Shown here piece after piece: positions 62,867-64,000 of a DNA stretch of 64,000 nucleotides. Source of the stretch: Patescibacteria group bacterium (lineage in GTDB: Bacteria > Patescibacteriota > Patescibacteriia > UBA1558 > GWA2-36-10); the NCBI GenBank assembly GCA_041665545.1, contig JBAYIQ010000002.1, positions 66,369 to 130,368 of the forward strand, given 5' to 3'. Under the pieces are notes generated by a model, which was not told the DNA's origin, did no database searches, and worked only from the letters and a program-made list of their open reading frames with translations. Within the stretch, counting starts at the first letter, position 1; the number at the start of each line of letters is the position of its first letter. A program made the position numbers and the translations under genes.

Positions 62867-63790
62867 TCATTCTTTATTGCTTAATTGCCCTAGTTCAAAA
62901 TCAAATTTTGTGCCCCTAATGGTCGTGGTTGCTGTCTTACCATTGGGATCAATATCTATCACAAAGCCCCCGCCTTTTTGTATGTTGAGATAATCTTCAG
63001 CGCTAGCAACCTGCCCTGTTTTTGACACTTCTACTTTGAAAAACGGGCCCATATTATCTCGGTGCGATACTACCCAGACAAGTACTCTCTTGCCCGGATG
63101 TTTTTCGTGCCAGGATCTTAAACCATTGGCCAAAACAGCTAAGTACCCATCTACTCTTTCAGCAATTTGTTCTGGCCCCTCGGCATTTAATTCTTGCCTT
63201 TTCTCTTCCTCCAACATTTCCTCAAAAGCAATCCAAAACATACGGCCTGTTCCGTATTTATCTCGAAGAAAATCAGCAAACTCTGGTGAATCTTTTAAAA
63301 ACTTCAGATCTTGTAGCCGAGAGATCTCAAATGGTTTACGATGACCATCTTTTTTATTTGGTTTATTCATTAGCTGATCTTCACTCAGACCATATTTCTG
63401 CAAAGCTAGCTCAGCCTCCGCCAAAACAATCTCCGCCGATTCTACACCTCTTTTTCTGTCACTCTGCAAGCCGGTTTCTGTCAGCAACCTAGTGCTGGCG
63501 CCTATGACCATGATTACTGTGCCCAGACGCTCTTCCTCCGGAACCATAGCTAGTGTTTCCTCGAAAAATTTTCTAGCAATCTCCTGCTCCTGTGTTCTTG
63601 CCTCAGGAGTGAGAGCGCCTACTTCTACGAGCCCCGTATCCTCCCCGCGATAATCCGGTACATTGCACTGCAAGACCATGGCCGTACCCTCGACTTTGGG
63701 GACAACAGGCCCAATGTCGGCTGGGGCGATCTCTCTGATTATCACTCCTGACTCGGCACCAGAATTAAATTTTTGTGAAATTTCGTTCAT
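62867..63790 (-). CDS. Hypothetical protein (307 aa)
   Basis: ORF with mixed composition. Segment VLVWVVSHRDNMGPF vaguely recalls a histidine-phosphatase-type SH motif, but no N-terminal RHG was found. Left unassigned. Confidence 0.4.
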   Translation of the reverse strand: MNEISQKFNSGAESGVIIREIAPADIGPVVPKVEGTAMVLQCNVPDYRGEDTGLVEVGALTPEARTQEQEIARKFFEETLAMVPEEERLGTVIMVIGASTRLLTETGLQSDRKRGVESAEIVLAEAELALQKYGLSEDQLMNKPNKKDGHRKPFEISRLQDLKFLKDSPEFADFLRDKYGTGRMFWIAFEEMLEEEKRQELNAEGPEQIAERVDGYLAVLANGLRSWHEKHPGKRVLVWVVSHRDNMGPFFKVEVSKTGQVASAEDYLNIQKGGGFVIDIDPNGKTATTTIRGTKFDFELGQLSNKE

Positions 63791-63792
63791 AA

Positions 63793-64000
63793 TTAAAATT
63801 TTATTTTTGTGGGTTTTATCAGGCCCTTCTTTTTTAATCCGCTATATTGTTCTCTTATCTCATCCGCTCGATCGAGCATAGCTTGTTTATCCCAAATATA
63901 CGGATCATAATCCGGACCATGGACAACACGATCAATTTCGGCTGGTGGCTTCATAAAACTCTGGGTAATGACTTTGAATTTTTCACCTTTTTCATTTATG
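63793..64000 (-). CDS. C-terminal part of an unidentified protein (ORF continues past the window end)
   Basis: Reverse frame open from the window edge: ...INEKGEKFKVITQSFMKPPAEIDRVVHGPDYDPYIWDKQAMLDRADEIREQYSGLKKKGLIKPTKIKF, stop at complement 63793-63795. Confidence 0.35.
   Translation of the reverse strand, partial: INEKGEKFKVITQSFMKPPAEIDRVVHGPDYDPYIWDKQAMLDRADEIREQYSGLKKKGLIKPTKIKF

Noticed and set aside
1-64000. rRNA genes, tmRNA, RNase P RNA, SRP RNA
   Set aside because: I scanned non-coding stretches for their conserved cores (for example ggggctgattctggattcgacggg or the RNase P P4 aagtccgg box) and found none. The structured element after clpP does not match these.

Overview
This is a 64 kb window of AT-rich DNA (about 36-38 % GC by eye) using the standard genetic code, since the long ORFs for infB, pnp and leuS are intact. 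Gene content and organisation look like a small-genome, probably CPR/Patescibacteria-like bacterium. There are many secreted or surface proteins, two ECF sigma / anti-sigma pairs, Mg/Mn transporters, and no respiratory genes. Phylum assignment is an inference only.

Housekeeping genes recognised:
- leuS (partial, carrying an inserted Nudix domain)
- infB-rbfA
- nrnA
- clpP
- rny-ymdB
- hup
- comM/yifB
- tspO
- lspA
- a dksA-like gene
- rpsO-pnp
- purA
- corA
- an NRAMP transporter
- an MgtA-like P-type ATPase
- a MacA/MacB-type ABC efflux operon
- a second ABC exporter

Six tRNA genes (Arg-CCG, Ser-CGA, Leu-CAG, Ala-CGC, Pro-CGG, Gly-CCC, Ile-UAU) all lie on the minus strand, five of them clustered between 9.4 and 12.2 kb.

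The accessory layer is the striking part:
- A dispersed family of GC-rich nested-hairpin repeats (cores like cattcccgc-N4-gcgggaatg and ccaccgcc-N-ggcggggtcccgcc-N-ggcgggaaac). They sit at intergenic sites and are often fused to duplicated 3'-end fragments of tRNAs.
- A roughly 1.97 kb mobile-element-like unit (37671..39640) bounded by about 130 bp terminal inverted repeats of the same hairpin family. It carries a degenerate tyrosine recombinase and two small cargo ORFs.
- Several GC-rich islets (55-60 % GC) with strong Shine-Dalgarno sites, next to tRNA-Arg and tRNA-Ser, between clpP and rny, and at the Prs-like gene.
- A GC-rich cassette of three tiny proteins (two tandem Cse60-like paralogs) behind a consensus promoter and a perfect palindromic operator. 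It follows a 1 kb AT-rich non-coding stretch that contains a DnaA-box cluster.

No rRNA genes and no CRISPR array were seen.
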